Numbered from the stretch's first letter, positions 49,195 through 62,914 are shown. The stretch: DNA of 64,000 nucleotides from Octopus bimaculoides (GCF_001194135.2 NC_068986.1:81403485-81467484), one strand, 5' to 3'. A program made the numbers and translations. The notes: generated by a model not told the origin, from the letters alone.

Positions 49195-49890
49195 TTACAT
49201 CAAATACAGAATAGACTAACACATCAGAAGGTGATAAGTGCAGAATTTGTGGACAAAATGGTGAAGCCATATGGCATATTACCAGTCAATGTACACCTCT
49301 AGCCCAGAAAGAATATAAGAGACGACATAGCAATATAGCAAGGTTTGTCCATTGGACACTTTGCAACAATTATGGACTTGACAGAGCAAAAATGTGGTAT
49401 GGACATAAAACCTGAAGGCGTCATCGAAAATGATAATGCAAAGATCCTATGGGATTTTATGATTCAGTGCAACCACGAGATAGAAAATAGGAAACCAGAC
49501 ATAGTCTTAATTGAGAAAGAAAGCAAATGATGCTGGATCATAGATATAGCATGCCCAGCTGACAACAAGGTATGCGATAAGGAAGACAGAAAAGTCGATA
49601 GATATAACAGGTTAGCTTAGGAGGTTAAGCAGTTGTGGTCACTGAAGAGGTGGTAGTAGTACAATGATTGTCGGCGCACTGGGAACAGTGAGTAAAAATC
49701 TTGAGAAGCGACTGGAACAAATATGAGCTACAATATGGGTGGAGCACTTGCAGAAAACAGCACTGCTTGGAACCGCTTGAATACTCTGAATGGTGCTTGA
49801 AAATAAGGGATGTTACCTTAGTCCACTGGTAGTAAACAGCTGACACTGTAGTACATCTCCAGCGTTAGAAGCTGTGCAAAGACAATAAAA
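49195..49890 (+). mobile_element. 5'-truncated R4/Dong-like non-LTR element with a restriction-like endonuclease, degenerate
   Basis: CRICGQNGEAIWHITSQC (CCHC), RH motif, ILWDFMIQCNHEIENRKPDIVL...IIDIACP...K..RY (PD-(D/E)xK), VGALG; embedded in (CAT)n/(TAA)n. Confidence 0.82.
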
Positions 49891-49944
49891 TAACAATAAT
49901 AATGATGATTATGATAATAATGATGATGATGATAATAACAATAA

Positions 49945-50410
49945 TAATATTTTCTTCATTGGCCACAAGGGTTGAACACAAAGCAAAAGGGATAATACAA
50001 TGCAAGGGACACTACAACAAAAGGGACAAGTGGGGGCTCAAATGAATATTCGTATGTAAAATAAAATAAAACAATAACAATTAACATCAAAATATTAACA
50101 ATAAAATTCTCCAAAAGATGGGGAATTCCTCTCAGAGCCAACCAAGGAACCCCACACATCCTTGCTCCTTTTCAACCGCTCCAGTTTACAAGCATGTGTT
50201 CAGAGTGTGCCCATTCACAAGAGTCAGCCTTGCTACATTCATCCAACTTTCAACGAAAATACTGTCTGACATATTAAAATAAAGCTTGAAGGGCAGGCCA
50301 TCCAGCCCTGGCAACTTCCATGTGCAGCTAGTCATCACATTCCATATATCTTCAGCTGTTGTTGGAATTTTATAGGATTCCACATCCCTGGCTGAAAGGT
50401 GCAGCACACA
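49945..50410 (-). mobile_element. L1/Tx1-clade LINE remnant: internally deleted ORF2 pieces plus T-rich 3' UTR
   Basis: PTTAEDIWNVM...KLPGLDGLPFKLY (pre-RT PG.DG motif) joined to WMNVARLT; 3' end acccttgtggccaatgaagaaaat. Confidence 0.7.
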
Positions 50411-50427
50411 GCTGATGTAGGAAGTGA

Positions 50428-51645
50428 GATAATAATCCTTTCTACTATAGGCACAAGGCCTGAAATTTTGTGGTAAGGGACTAGTCGATTATATCGACCC
50501 CAGTGTTTCACTGGTACTTAATTTATCAACCCTGAAAGAGGAATTTGAACTCAGAATGTAGCGACAGGTGAAATACTGCTAAGCATTTCATCCGGTGTGC
50601 TAACGATTCTTCCAGCTCGCCACCCCTGAGGAAGTGAAATAATAATCTTTTCTACTCTAGGCACAAGGCCCAGAATTTTTGGGGAGGGTGCCAGTCAATT
50701 AGATTGACCCCAGTATGCAACTGGTACTTAATTTACTGACCCTGAAATTATGAAAAGCAAAGTTGACCTTGGCGGAATTTGAACTCAGAATGTAAAGACA
50801 GACAAAATACCACTAAGCATTTCACCTGGCGTGCTGACGTTTCTTACTTCTTTATTGCCCACAAGGGGCTAAACATAGAGGGGACAAACAAGGACAGTCA
50901 AAGGGATTAAGTTGATTAATGCGTAACTGGTACTTAATTTATCGACCCCAAAAGGATGAAAGGCAAAGTCTACCTCGGCAGAATTTGAACTCAGAACATA
51001 ACGGCAGACAAAATACCGCTAAGCATTTTGNNNNNNNNNNAAAGGATGAAAGGCAAAGTCTACCTCGGCAGAATTTGAACTCAGAACATAACGGCAGACA
51101 AAATACCGCTAAGCATTTTGTCTGGCGTGCTAACGTTTCTGCCAGCTCGCCACTTTCAGGAAGTGAAATAATAATAATAATTTGAAGAAGTACCTGAAAA
51201 TACCTGATTTTCATAAAACTCTTTCAAAACTCAAATATTGCCAATTTAACAGAATCTTAGTTCTCAGATTCTAGTCTCCTTCTCATGCAATGTACCATTG
51301 CTAATTCTACATAATACCCAATGTAAAACGTCCAACTTACAGTTACCTGAGGTCTCTGAGTGAGATCTGGAACAACTTGTATGAAACAAAAACAATAGTG
51401 TAAATAATAATAATAATAATAATCCTTTCTAACATTTGGTGCAAGGCCTGCAATTTTTAGGAGAGGGTTAGTCAATTTAATTGATTGCAGTGCTCAACTA
51501 GTATTTATTTTATTCATCCCAAAAAGGTGAAAGGCAAAGCTGACCTCAGTGGAATTTGAACTCAGAATATAAAGAGTTGGAAGAAATGATTCCAAGTATT
51601 TTGTCCAATGCACTAATGAATCTGCCACCTCACTGCCTTCATAAT
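50428..51645 (-). mobile_element. Cluster of four same-orientation tRNA-derived SINEs (third family; gtcgactttgcctttcatcc central domain)
   Basis: Copies at about 50428-50625, 50640-50843, 50844-51150 and 51420-51640; other copies near 10060, 11480, 34360, 34800, 39500 and 46050. Confidence 0.8.
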
Positions 51646-51739
51646 AATAATAATAATGGTTTTGTTTATTTTCTACAAGGGCAAAGGATGAGGGGGACAA
51701 TACAGAGATAAAATGTGGTGGTTTAAATGTAATAATCAT

Positions 51740-52095
51740 CATCATCATCGTTTAATGTCCGCTTTCCATGCTAGCATGGGTTGGACGATTTGACTGAGGA
51801 CTGGTGAAACCAGATGGCTACACCAGGCTCCAATCTGATTTGACAGAGTTTCTACAGCTGGATGCCCTTCCTAATGCCAACTACTCTGAGAGTGTAGTGG
51901 GTGCTTTTATGTGCCACCGGCACGAAGGCCAGTCAGGCGGTACTGGCAACGGCCACGCTCAAAATGGTGTATTTTATGTGCCACCCACACAAGAGCCAGT
52001 CCAGTGGCACTGGCAACAATCTCGCTCGAAAGTCCTTACACATGCCACGAGCACAAGTGCCAGAAAGGCGACGCTGGGCACAGGTGCCATCCCGA
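51740..52095 (-). mobile_element. RTE-family 3' UTR/tail fragment (SINE-like)
   Basis: Reverse complement of 60706-61035; many shorter copies near 2510, 4800, 6705, 13520, 30070, 30540, 43310 and 55510. Confidence 0.8.
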
Positions 52096-52757
52096 TTATA
52101 AAAAAAATAATAAATTAAAATTAAAATTTTAAAAAAAAGTATACACAGTATACACTGGAAAAAAAGGAATATATGCATAGCATACAAAGGTAAAAAGATT
52201 TTTTAAAGAGAGAGGGGATGATAGAGATAATAATAATAATCATAATAATAATAATAATTTACCTTTTTCAATACAAGTCAGCATTGCAAGCCAACCTGTA
52301 TTATGGAATGCTGCCTCAGTTTTTCCAAATGATTACACAACATATCAGTTGTGATTAAAAGTAGGTCAACACATGGGTTTGAAACCTTCTCTCTGTTATT
52401 GCTTCCTTACATATTTTCCCTCCTACACAACTAGGGATTCTGAAATAGTTGTGTTTATTTTGGCCAATGTTTCAGAGAGATAGATAAATAGATAGATAGA
52501 GAGAGGAAGAGGGGAAAGAGAGAGAGAGAAAATAATATTGCCAAAACTACAGATGTTAGTGTTTATGTTAGTATATCTGCTGACATTATAGCCACAGGTA
52601 GATATGCGAAATAACTTCACTCTAAGATTGTTAGGTAAGGTAGGGCAGTGATGGTTTTATGTGGGTGAAATATTACTGTAGTTGCGCACCTTCTCCGATT
52701 TCAGCAGGAAATATAGTATCTCATACATATGTGTGTGTGTGTATGTATATGTGTATG

Positions 52758-54320
52758 AAGGCACATGGCTTTGTGGTTAGGGCATTCAGCTCGTGATTGT
52801 GAAGTTGTGAGTTCGATTCCTGGTGGTGCATTGTGTCCTTGAGCATAATATTAGGTTGTCAAGAAAGTTTTTGCAGAACTTTTAATTTTGGTTTTAAATG
52901 ATGTATTTTCAAATTAATTTTCATTTTAAAGCCTATTTTTCGCTCTATCTAATCATGTTACTCTTTTTCTTTTTGAATAATTAGGCCATTTTTTCCAGAA
53001 CGTTGAATACAACATGGACAAAAAGCAAATTCGCACAATTTTCTTATTCCAGTTCAAGCTAGGCCGAAAAGCTGCTGAAACAGCTCGCGATATCAATGAT
53101 GTGTTTGGCCCAGGAACAACTAATAAACTTACAGCACAATAGTGGTTCAAGAAATTTTGTAGCGGTGACGAGAGTCTTGAAGATGATAAGCGTAGTGGTC
53201 GACCATCAGATGTTGACAGCGATCATCTAAGTGCCTTAGTGGAAGCCAATCCACGCACAACTGTTCAAGAACTTGCTTCTGAATTAGACGTAACGTATAC
53301 GACAACTACCAACCACTTGAAAGAGATTAGAAAAACAAAAATACTTGAGAAATGGGTGCCATGCGAATTGAACGACAACCAAAAGAAAATGCTGTTTTGA
53401 AGTGTTGTCTTCCCTTCTTTTACGCAACAAGTATGGCCTGTTTCTCGACCGGATTGTGACTTGCGATGAAAAGTGGATTCTTTACGACAACCGGCGACGC
53501 TCAGCTCAGTGGTTGGATGCCAACGAAGCTCCACAGCACATCCCAAAGCCAAAGTTGCACCAAAAGAGGTCATGGTGACTGTTTGGTGGTCTGCGGCCGG
53601 TCTCATCCATCACAGCTTTTTGGATCCAGGTGAAATCATTATGGCGGAGAAGTACTGCCAGCAAATGGATGAAATGCATAAGAAACTCCAACAACAACAG
53701 CCAGCATTGGTCAGTAGAAAAGGACCGATTCTTCTCTACGACAATGCTTGACTGCACGTTGTACAACTGATCCTGCAGAAGCTGAACGAATTGGGCTATG
53801 AAACTCTGCCTCATACGCCATACTCACCAGACCTCTCGCCTACTGACTACCACTTTTTCAAGCATCTCGACAACTTCCTGCGTGAGAAATGCTTCAAAAA
53901 CCAAGACGATGCCAAACACACCTTCAACAGCTTCATCGCCACTGGAACACAGGATTTTTACGCTACTGGCATAAATAAACTTGTTTCGCGTTGGCAAAAG
54001 TGTGTTGATTCTGATGGTGTTTATTTCGATTAATAAAGTTTTGTTTGAGTCAAGATATATGCATTTGAATTTAAAGGTTAAAAACCGCAAGAACTTTCAT
54101 GACAACCTAATACTTAATTTGACATTGCTCCAGTCCACTCAGCTGGCAAAAATGTGCAGTACCTGTAATTCAAAGGGTGTCACACTGAATCTTCTTCAGA
54201 ACTACATTAAGTGTATGTGTGTCTGTGGAGTGCTTAGCCACTTGCACATTAATTTCATGAGCAGGCTGTTCCATTAATTGGATGGAACCCTCATTGTCAT
54301 AACTGACAGAGTGCCAGTGT
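52758..54320 (+). mobile_element. tRNA-derived SINE split by the 52851-54110 mariner
   Basis: Head with B-box (GTTCGATTCC) at 52758-52850; the body resumes at 54111 and matches the 33122-33511 family. Confidence 0.75.
52851..54110 (+). mobile_element. Near-full-length 1260-bp DD34D mariner (Hsmar1/cecropia-like), transposase inactivated
   Basis: TIR TTAGGTTGTCA(A/T)GAAAGTT(T/C)TTGC; TA TSD at both ends; ATG 53014 MDKKQIRTIFLFQF..., WVP, TCDEKW, LYDNA, YSPDLSPTDY, stop at 54033; internal stops and frameshifts. Confidence 0.93.
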
Positions 54321-54652
54321 GTGTGTGTGTGTGGGGGGGGGGAACATGTGTGTGTGTGTGGGGGTGTGCACATGTATGTGTATGTATATGTGTGTACATA
54401 CATACGCGTGTGTGTGTGTGTGCATGAGCATCTAATAGCATGTTTATGTTGCTAATTACATTATTTAATTCTTGTTAGCCCTCATAATGCAGTCCAATGA
54501 TCAGAAGCATTCCATCCATGACTACATTACCCAGTATATTGTTTTCTAAGATGGTAGGGAGTGATTTGGAGAAACTGAGTTGCTATTTCTAGCAGACAGA
54601 GTGACTGTATGGAGCAATCATGGACAAACTATGATACACTCACATACACACG

Positions 54653-54688
<36 letters not shown>

Positions 54689-56123
54689 CCCCCCACTCAC
54701 ACCACAAATACCTCACTCCCTACCTCAACACCCACACCCACACACATTCACACATGCATATCACCCACTGAACAGCAACCAGTTTGTTTCGCCTCTATAC
54801 TTTCACTTCCGTCTACACCACATCTTACGCTTAGCTTATGTTATTATCCACTTTATATTGTGCCTTTCACAGTAGAAATGTCTCTATAGCCATGTCAGTT
54901 ACAAAACAAACTCACTAATAATAGTACCATGATAAAATGCACTCAGTACACACTGGAAAAAAATATTAGTAACTCTAGTTTTGTAAAGGACATGATAACC
55001 TCTCAAGGACTGGTGCCATAGTAAACTGTACCCAGTAAACACTGTGGTTCATTTTAGGAAGGGCATCCAGCTATAGAAATCATGTAAATATTGAGATATT
55101 GGAGCACAACATGGTTTTCTGCGACATCTAGTAGGGCAGTAGCTCTAAAAAAAAAGAACTAGTTCAGATTGAGATGACCAGTCCAATTCATGCTGGCATG
55201 GAAAACAGACATTAAAACAGAAATGCTGATGATGATGACAGTGGGGATGGTGAATCAACCCATCCTAGCATGGAAAGGGAGTGTTAAGCAATAATTTTCA
55301 ATAGTACCTGAGAAGTCAATATAAAGCAAAACAGATATTCACATACTCCAAGTCCCACACATTCTACATTCTATAGATGTGTGTGACTATGAGATAAGAC
55401 ACATACGCACAAGACATACATATACATACATACACACATACATACATACATACATACATACATACATACATACATGCATGTATATGTGTGTGTATGTTTG
55501 TCATTTTCACCAGCATTGTTTAATGTTTGTTTTCCATGCTAGCATGGGTTGGACGGTTTGACAGAAGCTGGCCAGCCAGAGAGATGTCCAGTTGTCGCAT
55601 GGTTTCGACAGCTGGGTGCCCTTCTAATGCCAGCCACTTTACAGAGTACGCTGAATGCTTTCTACATGCCACTGGCATGGATGCCAATTCCAAGGAGCAG
55701 AAGACATAATAGTAAAGATACAAAAGACGGACAGAGAAGCATCAGCCAGAGGCTGGAGCAAGTCAGTGAAGGACTTTATATTAATCAGTCAAGTGACCTT
55801 TTTCAGGATACAATCTAGAATGACCAGTAGGCCTTTGGTTAAACTCCATAGTTTATATTTTCCCACTTGAACCAAGAACCAAAGCAACTAGTTCCATTAT
55901 CATAACAGCGCAATATAATTTTTTTACATCTTCCTTTCAAGCTGTGATTCATTCTTAACAAAGGTCTATTAAAAGTATACAAGATTGCATCAGGTGTAAC
56001 TCATTTATATCAGGAAATAGGCTTAAAGAAATTTTTGATATTTAATCCCCATTCCAAGCTACCAGAAAAAAAAACCCCTGTGATCCAGCCAAGGAACATA
56101 ACTTCACAGTGAGACTATACATG

Positions 56124-56178
<55 letters not shown>

Positions 56179-56604
56179 TGTATACATATTTATATATAAC
56201 CCTTACTGTATTGGTACAGTATTAGTTAATACTTCACTGATAACTTTGTACCATTACATAAATGAGTAGTGCTTGGCACGGAATTGTTTAAACTTTAATG
56301 AGTATTTACCTACGAGATAAGGTTTCAATTTCAGTATTAAGAATCTAATACACAGAAACAATAAGCACAGGAAATAATGAATGTTATAAAAATTTCTAAA
56401 GAATGAAATTCACTGAGATTAATAAGAACACAGCATTCTACATGTTTGTTAATGATTTCTATATTTGTGTGCATGTATTTATAGATTTATGTGCGTGTGT
56501 GTCTGTTTAGAATCTGTACAGTGTGAAGAAGTAAGTAGGCTTTCTGGTAATAACAAACTACATTATTTATGCAAAGTCTTAGTTTAAAAAAAAACAAAAA
56601 AAAC

Positions 56605-56748
56605 ATGCCAGATGAGCTGTTTGTTAAAATGCAGTCAGATGAATTCAAGGTATTTCCTGGGTGAGCTTGGCTACTAGTCTGCTTGATAGACGTATCTTTA
56701 TTGAACAAGTCACTGTACTCCATGAAAGTACCTGAGCTGCCAGTTAAA

Positions 56749-56829
<81 letters not shown>

Positions 56830-57839
56830 ATGCATGCATATATACACATATGCACATATATATACAGATAAAAATGCATGTATGTATATACGTATAAATG
56901 TATGACAGACTTCTGCACAGTTTCTATCTACCATTTCCATTTACAAGACATTGGCCAGCCCAAGTGTTATAGTAAAACATGTTTGCCCAAACTGCCATAC
57001 AGTGGGACTGAACTCCAAAACTATGTGCTTGCAAAGTGAACTCAGTAACAAACAGCCATACCTGCCCCTGTATATTATCTAAATATTGGATTAGAAATAA
57101 TTATGTGGTAATTAAATATTAGAGACAACATCAGCTCAGTGATTAATATTTTAATAATTTCTACAAATATGGAAGACAACTCCAACTTTAGTTTTATCAA
57201 ACCTCATCAGCAAAGCGAGGCATTTTGCACTCACAGAGAATCATTAAGTAAATATATCATATTGTACATGATTGAAGAAATTAGTCTGGGACACCATCTG
57301 CTTATATTTGTCATAGGTAAGTGCAGAGGGTATGAAGAATTAAGGATACTGTCCAGTAACATTATGAGACACCTGCAGTAGATTTGAACAAATGACATAT
57401 GAACTGATTTTTACAATAAAGATTGAATTGTAATTTCTGAGAATATGTTTCTTAATTACTGCTTGTTATATTTGCATTAAATGTGTTTATGTAGTTTTAA
57501 CTATTGTTATTTTGAAATGTTGTGACCTCACAAGAGTCAGTAATCCCTAGCCTAGATATATACAATCGCTTACTGTGTCACTTCGTGTAGACATATCTTA
57601 GAAACTACTATGACCAATTGAAGGTATTAAAGTTACCAAGAACAATATATTTAAGCTATACAAAAGACCACTGTATATGTATCATGAATGAAATGTTAGT
57701 CCAACCATAAAACAAAGCCAACACAGTATCCAAAACATGGTGTTTTGTTTTAATTTTCTTTTAATTTACTTCTTTATGACATTTTTACCGTTTTCTTTCA
57801 ATTTTATCATCTGTATTGAAGTTGAGACAGCATGACTAG
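56605..57839 (+). CDS. Tentative spliced coding fragments of an unidentified gene (MPDELFVKMQSDEFK | TYLRNYYDQLK | LRQHD*)
   Basis: Exons 56605-56649, 57591-57623 and 57822-57839 are all phase 0 with GT-AG sites, followed by AATAAA hexamers. No homolog recognised, and a competing minus-strand reading exists. Confidence 0.25.
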
Positions 57840-58387
57840 TGCTGTTAAAAAGAAGGATGATTATTTATAAAAAATAAAATTAAAATTAAAAAAAACAGTA
57901 TAATTTAAAAACATTCTATAGATGGAATTATCTTTTAAAAATACATTTTTTAAACCTTTTGCTGCTTTTGTCAAATATGTGTTAAATTAAATATTTGTTA
58001 CAAATATCAACCGATATAATTTTAGCAAATGATTTAAAAATGAAAATTTAGGTGTTCTTTTATAATCGATTGCAAAATTATCTTCCTTAGATTTGCTTTA
58101 TGTGCCATACACAAATGAAATTCCAAGAAACATAATGGTTTACATAATTTAAATACCGTCTTATTTTAATAAATACATAACACTTTATAGAAGCACTGAG
58201 GTTACAGTTATTAATACTTGATTGTTAAAGCATGCTAATAAAAACAAGGTTCAATCCCATTAAAACCATATACATGGGTTGTGATACTTCCCTTCAATTG
58301 ACATACACACACTAACACACGTCTGTGCATGCAGATACATGCACGCATATGTATTCATGTGCACACACTCACCCATACATGCATATA

Positions 58388-59676
58388 TTGGGTCATCCCA
58401 TAAATAATGTAGTCTTTTTATACTTCTTTTATTTTTTAAAATTAAGATAAAAAAAATTTCTTTTTTAATCTAAAAGATACCGTTCTTCATTTTCTAAAAT
58501 GCTCTTTCATCTATCTGGTAGACTTGCAAGGCCCCCTCTTCCAAAATTCACTTGTCCGTGACGAAAAATACTCCTCCAGTACTGTTCTGACCTCAACTAC
58601 AGAATTTGTAGTTTTTCCGTCCAACTGATTTTGAATATTGTGAAATAAATGATGATCAAATGAGACAATGTCCAGTGAATATGGTGGGTGAGGTGTCATT
58701 TCTTATCAAACTGCTCCAGCCCTTAGAATGTCATCCTCGTTGTATGTAGCCAAGCATTATCCTGATGGAAGAACACCTTTCATCTTGAAACCAAAGATGG
58801 TCGTTTTTCTTCTAGCACTGATTCAAGCCACTCAAGCTGCTCACAGTAGATCTCCTTTGTTATCATTTGGTTTGGATTTAAAAGTTCAAAGTGGACTAAA
58901 CCTTTCATATCCCACCAAACAGATAACAACACCTTAAGTGGGTGAAGACCTTTAGTCTGGGATTCTGATGTTTCTCCTTTCCCTATCCACTGTCTTCAGC
59001 AATTGACATTTTTATAGAGAACCTATTTCTCATCACTAGTCACTATTCAGTTCAAAAAAGGTTCATTCATGAGACGTGATGGTAAAGAAGAGCACACATT
59101 CACTCTCTGCATGCGATTAGACTTGGAAAGTATGTGAGGAACCCATTGACCCTATTTGCTGACTTTTCCAATGGCACACAGATATTGATGAATGGTTGAA
59201 TGACCAAATCCAAGCTTCTCTACTAGTTCCTTGACAGTTACGATGGGATTTTGTTCCACCAGGGTTTGCAGGACATCCTCATTGAGCTCTACAGATCTTC
59301 CAGGACAAGGCTTGTCTTCTTGGCTGTAGTTTCCGGCTCGGAATTTCTGGAACCACCCTTGACACTAGCTTACACTTACTGTCCAATCCCCACATACTGC
59401 ATTAATAATCCTCACACTTTCCATTGTGCTGTTGCCTTTATTGAACTCACAAAGCAAAATATGCTGAATATGCTCCTTTGTCACTTCCATTATTAGCTTT
59501 GAAAAAAATAACGGTTAAAATCAAACAGCACTCTTCAAAACTTGCACTAAGAATAAGGCCAAGGTAAAATTACTACTTGCTTTTATAGCAAGTTGATGTA
59601 GGTAGTTTATCTCATCCACCTCTGACTTTTAGTTTATGCAATTGCAAAAAAATGCATTATTTATAGGATGATATAA
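58388..59676 (-). mobile_element. Near-full-length degenerate DD34D mariner (Mos1/mellifera-like)
   Basis: Imperfect TIR TTGGGTCATCCCATAAATAATG / CATTATTTATAGGATGATATAA; minus frames MEVTKEHIQHILL, WFQKFRAGN, WVPHIL, HPPYSLDIVSFDHHLF, with stops. Confidence 0.87.
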
Positions 59677-59739
59677 TATATATATATATATATATACACA
59701 TGTACAGGAAACCAATAGTAAGAAGCTGACCTAGTGATA

Positions 59740-61035
59740 TATTTGTGTATATATGCTCCGCTGGATGTGTAATGTAAATGTGCATACCCGTCAGAGTGTA
59801 AGTATCTTGAGAGAAAAGCTGAACATAAGAAGCGTCAGTAGTGGTGTGCAAGGGAGACGATTGCGCTGGTTTGGACATGTGGTGAGAATGAATGAGGATA
59901 GCTGCGTGAAAAAGTGCCACTCCCTAACAGTTGAGGGAACCCGTGGAAGAGGTAGGCCCAGGAAGACCTGGGCTGAGGTGGTGAGGCAAGACCTTCGAAC
60001 ATTGGGCCTCACCGAGGTGATGACTACTGACCGAGACCTTTGGAAANNNNNNNNNNNNNNNNNNNNNNNNNNNNNNNNNNNNNNNNNNNNNNNNNNNNNN
60101 NNNNNNNNNNNNNNNNNNNNNNNNNNNNNNNNNNNNNNNNNNNNNNNNNNNNNNNNNNNNNNNNNNNNNNNNNNNNNNNNNNNNNNNNNNNNNNNNNNNN
60201 NNNNNNNNNNNNNNNNNNNNNNNNNNNNNNNNNNNNNNNNNNNNNNNNNNNNNNNNNNNNNNNNNNNNNNNNNNNNNNNNNNNNNNNNNNNNNNNNNNNN
60301 NNNNNNNNNNNNNNNNNNNNNNNNNNNNNNNNNNNNNNNNNNNNNNNNNNNNNNNNNNNNNNNNNNNNNNNNNNNNNNNNNNNNNNNNNNNNNNNNNNNN
60401 NNNNNNNNNNNNNNNNNNNNNNNNNNNNNNNNNNNNNNNNNNNNNNNNNNNNNNNNNNNNNNNNNNNNNNNNNNNNNNNNNNNNNNNNNNNNNNNNNNNN
60501 NNNNNNNNNNNNNNNNNNNNNNNNNNNNNNNNNNNNNNNNNNNNNNNNNNNNNNNNNNNNNNNNNNNNNNNNNNNNNNNNNNNNNNNNNNNNNNNNNNNN
60601 NNNNNNNNNNNNNNNNNNNNNNNNNNNNNNNNNNNNNNNNNNNNNNNNNNNNNNNNNNNNNNNNNNNNNNNNNNNNNNNNNNNNNNNNNNNNNNNNNNNN
60701 NNNNNGTGCCCAGCGTCGCCTTACTGGCACTTGTGCCCGCAGCATGTGTAAGGACTTTCAAGCGAGATCGTTGCCAGTGCCCCTGGACTGGCTCTTGTGC
60801 GGGTGGCACATAAAATACACCATTTTGAGCGTGGCCGTTGCCAGTACCGCCTGCTGGCCTTCGTGCCGGTGGCACGTAAAAAGCACCCACTATACTCTCT
60901 GAGTGGTTGGCGTTAGGAAGGGCAACCAGCTGTAGAAACTCTGCCAAATCAGATTGGAGCCTGGTGTAGCCTTCGGGCTCCACCAGTCCTCAGTCAAATT
61001 GTCCAACCCATGCTAGCATGGAAAGCGGATGTTAA
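59740..61035 (+). mobile_element. 5'-truncated RTE-clade LINE spanning a 659-nt gap
   Basis: MLRWMCNV...[21 protein letters not shown]...RGRPRKTW before the gap; family 3' UTR repeats and tail after it. Confidence 0.85.
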
Positions 61036-61417
61036 ACGACGATGATGATGATATATATCAGGAATGGGAAATATCACCAAATACCTGATGCACAAAAGGG
61101 ACAGAGATGCAGGAAAAGCAGTAAAATGTGATAACCAATGCAATGTGTGTGTGTGTGTAACTCTCTCTTGCATTTTCTTTACTTCTATTTTGCTCTCTCT
61201 TCTTTCCTCCAACTATCTATACTACTCTTGATTACTAACTATATATAAACACATCAGCCAAATGTAAATTTTGTATTTCTCATTTCTCTTTCTGAAAAAT
61301 TTCTTACAGGAAGTGTCTTACATGTGTATCTAATACGTAAAATTTTGTAATTCCTGTTAGTAAATGAAGCATGTGTAATGGTGAATAATAACAAAAAATT
61401 TCCAACTCCCTGTTTTG

Positions 61418-61461
<44 letters not shown>

Positions 61462-61466
61462 GCACA

Positions 61467-62056
61467 CAGAGTAATACTTCTATTTACAAGGATCCACTTT
61501 ACAAGACTCCAAGTTTACGAGCTTTATTTTTCGGCTCACTTTTGTATGGTGAGCTGAAATTTTTCAAGCACAAGATCCAAACTTTGAATGAAGTGCAAAA
61601 GTTTCTGCTATCATAACAAATGCTTCTGCATGTTACTGAGAAATTTATAGAGAATGAAAAAAAGCTTCTTCTAAGCAGACAACTCTAGACTTATTTTTTA
61701 AAAAGAAATCTACAAGTCTGTCTACAAGTGCTTGTGAATCAGCAATTGCGTCTGAAAGTGGTGGTGTGCGTGAGTCTAGTATGAGTAAAAGTGATTCGGA
61801 AAACACTTATAATAATAATTTTTTTTTTTTATTACAAACAATCTTGACATTCTTTTTACTTTACATAAAATATTCCTTACATTCAACTGTTGTTTTATTG
61901 ACATCTATTTATGAGTATTACAAATTCTATAGGTAAAATATTTTTCTGGGAGCGAATTACATTGCTACTATGGGAAATTATTGTTCTGCTTCATAAGTTT
62001 TTGCATTTTGAGCAGTCTCTGGGAACAAATTAACTCATATATTGAGGTATTACTCT
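61467..62056. mobile_element. Tigger/pogo-like non-autonomous element
   Basis: Inverted ends GAGTAATAC(T/C)TC; the right subterminal sequence resembles Tigger TIRs; internal decayed coding-like stretch. Confidence 0.55.
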
Positions 62057-62866
62057 ATATATATCTGCACACACATGCACACATATATACTCATTTACTC
62101 ATTTACTTGTTTCAGTCATTTGACTGCGGCCATGCTGGAGCACCGCCTTTAGTCAAGCAAATTGACCCCAGGACTTATTCTTTGGATGCCTAGTACTTAT
62201 TTTATCGATCTGTTTTGCCGAACCGCTATAAAAAATTAATATAAACAGCTAGGCACAGTGTAACACCATAAAGGAAAAATTCAATCATCACTAAGTGTGA
62301 CTAAGCGTACCAACATACCTACATTGCTAGAAATAAGAGTCAAAATACTTTAATGCTGTAGGAAGAGCACAGACATACATGCTAACAGGGGAGGCAACCA
62401 CCCTATACTGACTTAAAAATCCTCAGACTATACATCTAGTTTCATCTATTCTGTAGACATCTTCAGTGAGGACTGTTTGAACAGTACATGGTCAGATAAT
62501 TCTGCCAGATAACATGTTTCAGTCATTTGACTGTGACCAGGCTGGAGCATAGTCTTGTAGGGTTTTAATCGAACAAATTGGCCTAGTACTTATTCTATCG
62601 GTGTCTTTTGCTGAACAGCTAAGTTATGGGGATGTAAACACACCAACACCAGTTGTCATGTGGTAATGAGGGGCTCAAACACAGACACAAGGACACACAC
62701 ACATAGATATATACATGTGTGTGTATGACGACAGCCTTCTTTCCATCTACCAAATCTACTCACAAGGCTTTGGTCAGCTCAACGCTATTGTTGAAGACTC
62801 TTGTCTGAGTGCAACTGAACCCATGGTTGGAAAGCAAGCTTCTTACCACCTAGCCATGCCTGCACC

Positions 62867-62913
<47 letters not shown>

Positions 62914-62914
62914 A

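Noticed and set aside
50951-51120. Exact 80-bp tandem duplication
   Set aside because: Identical copies sit on either side of a 10-N gap: an unmerged contig overlap.
53014-54033. Active or domesticated (SETMAR-like) transposase
   Set aside because: It has in-frame stops and frameshifts, retained TIRs, and no fused exons.
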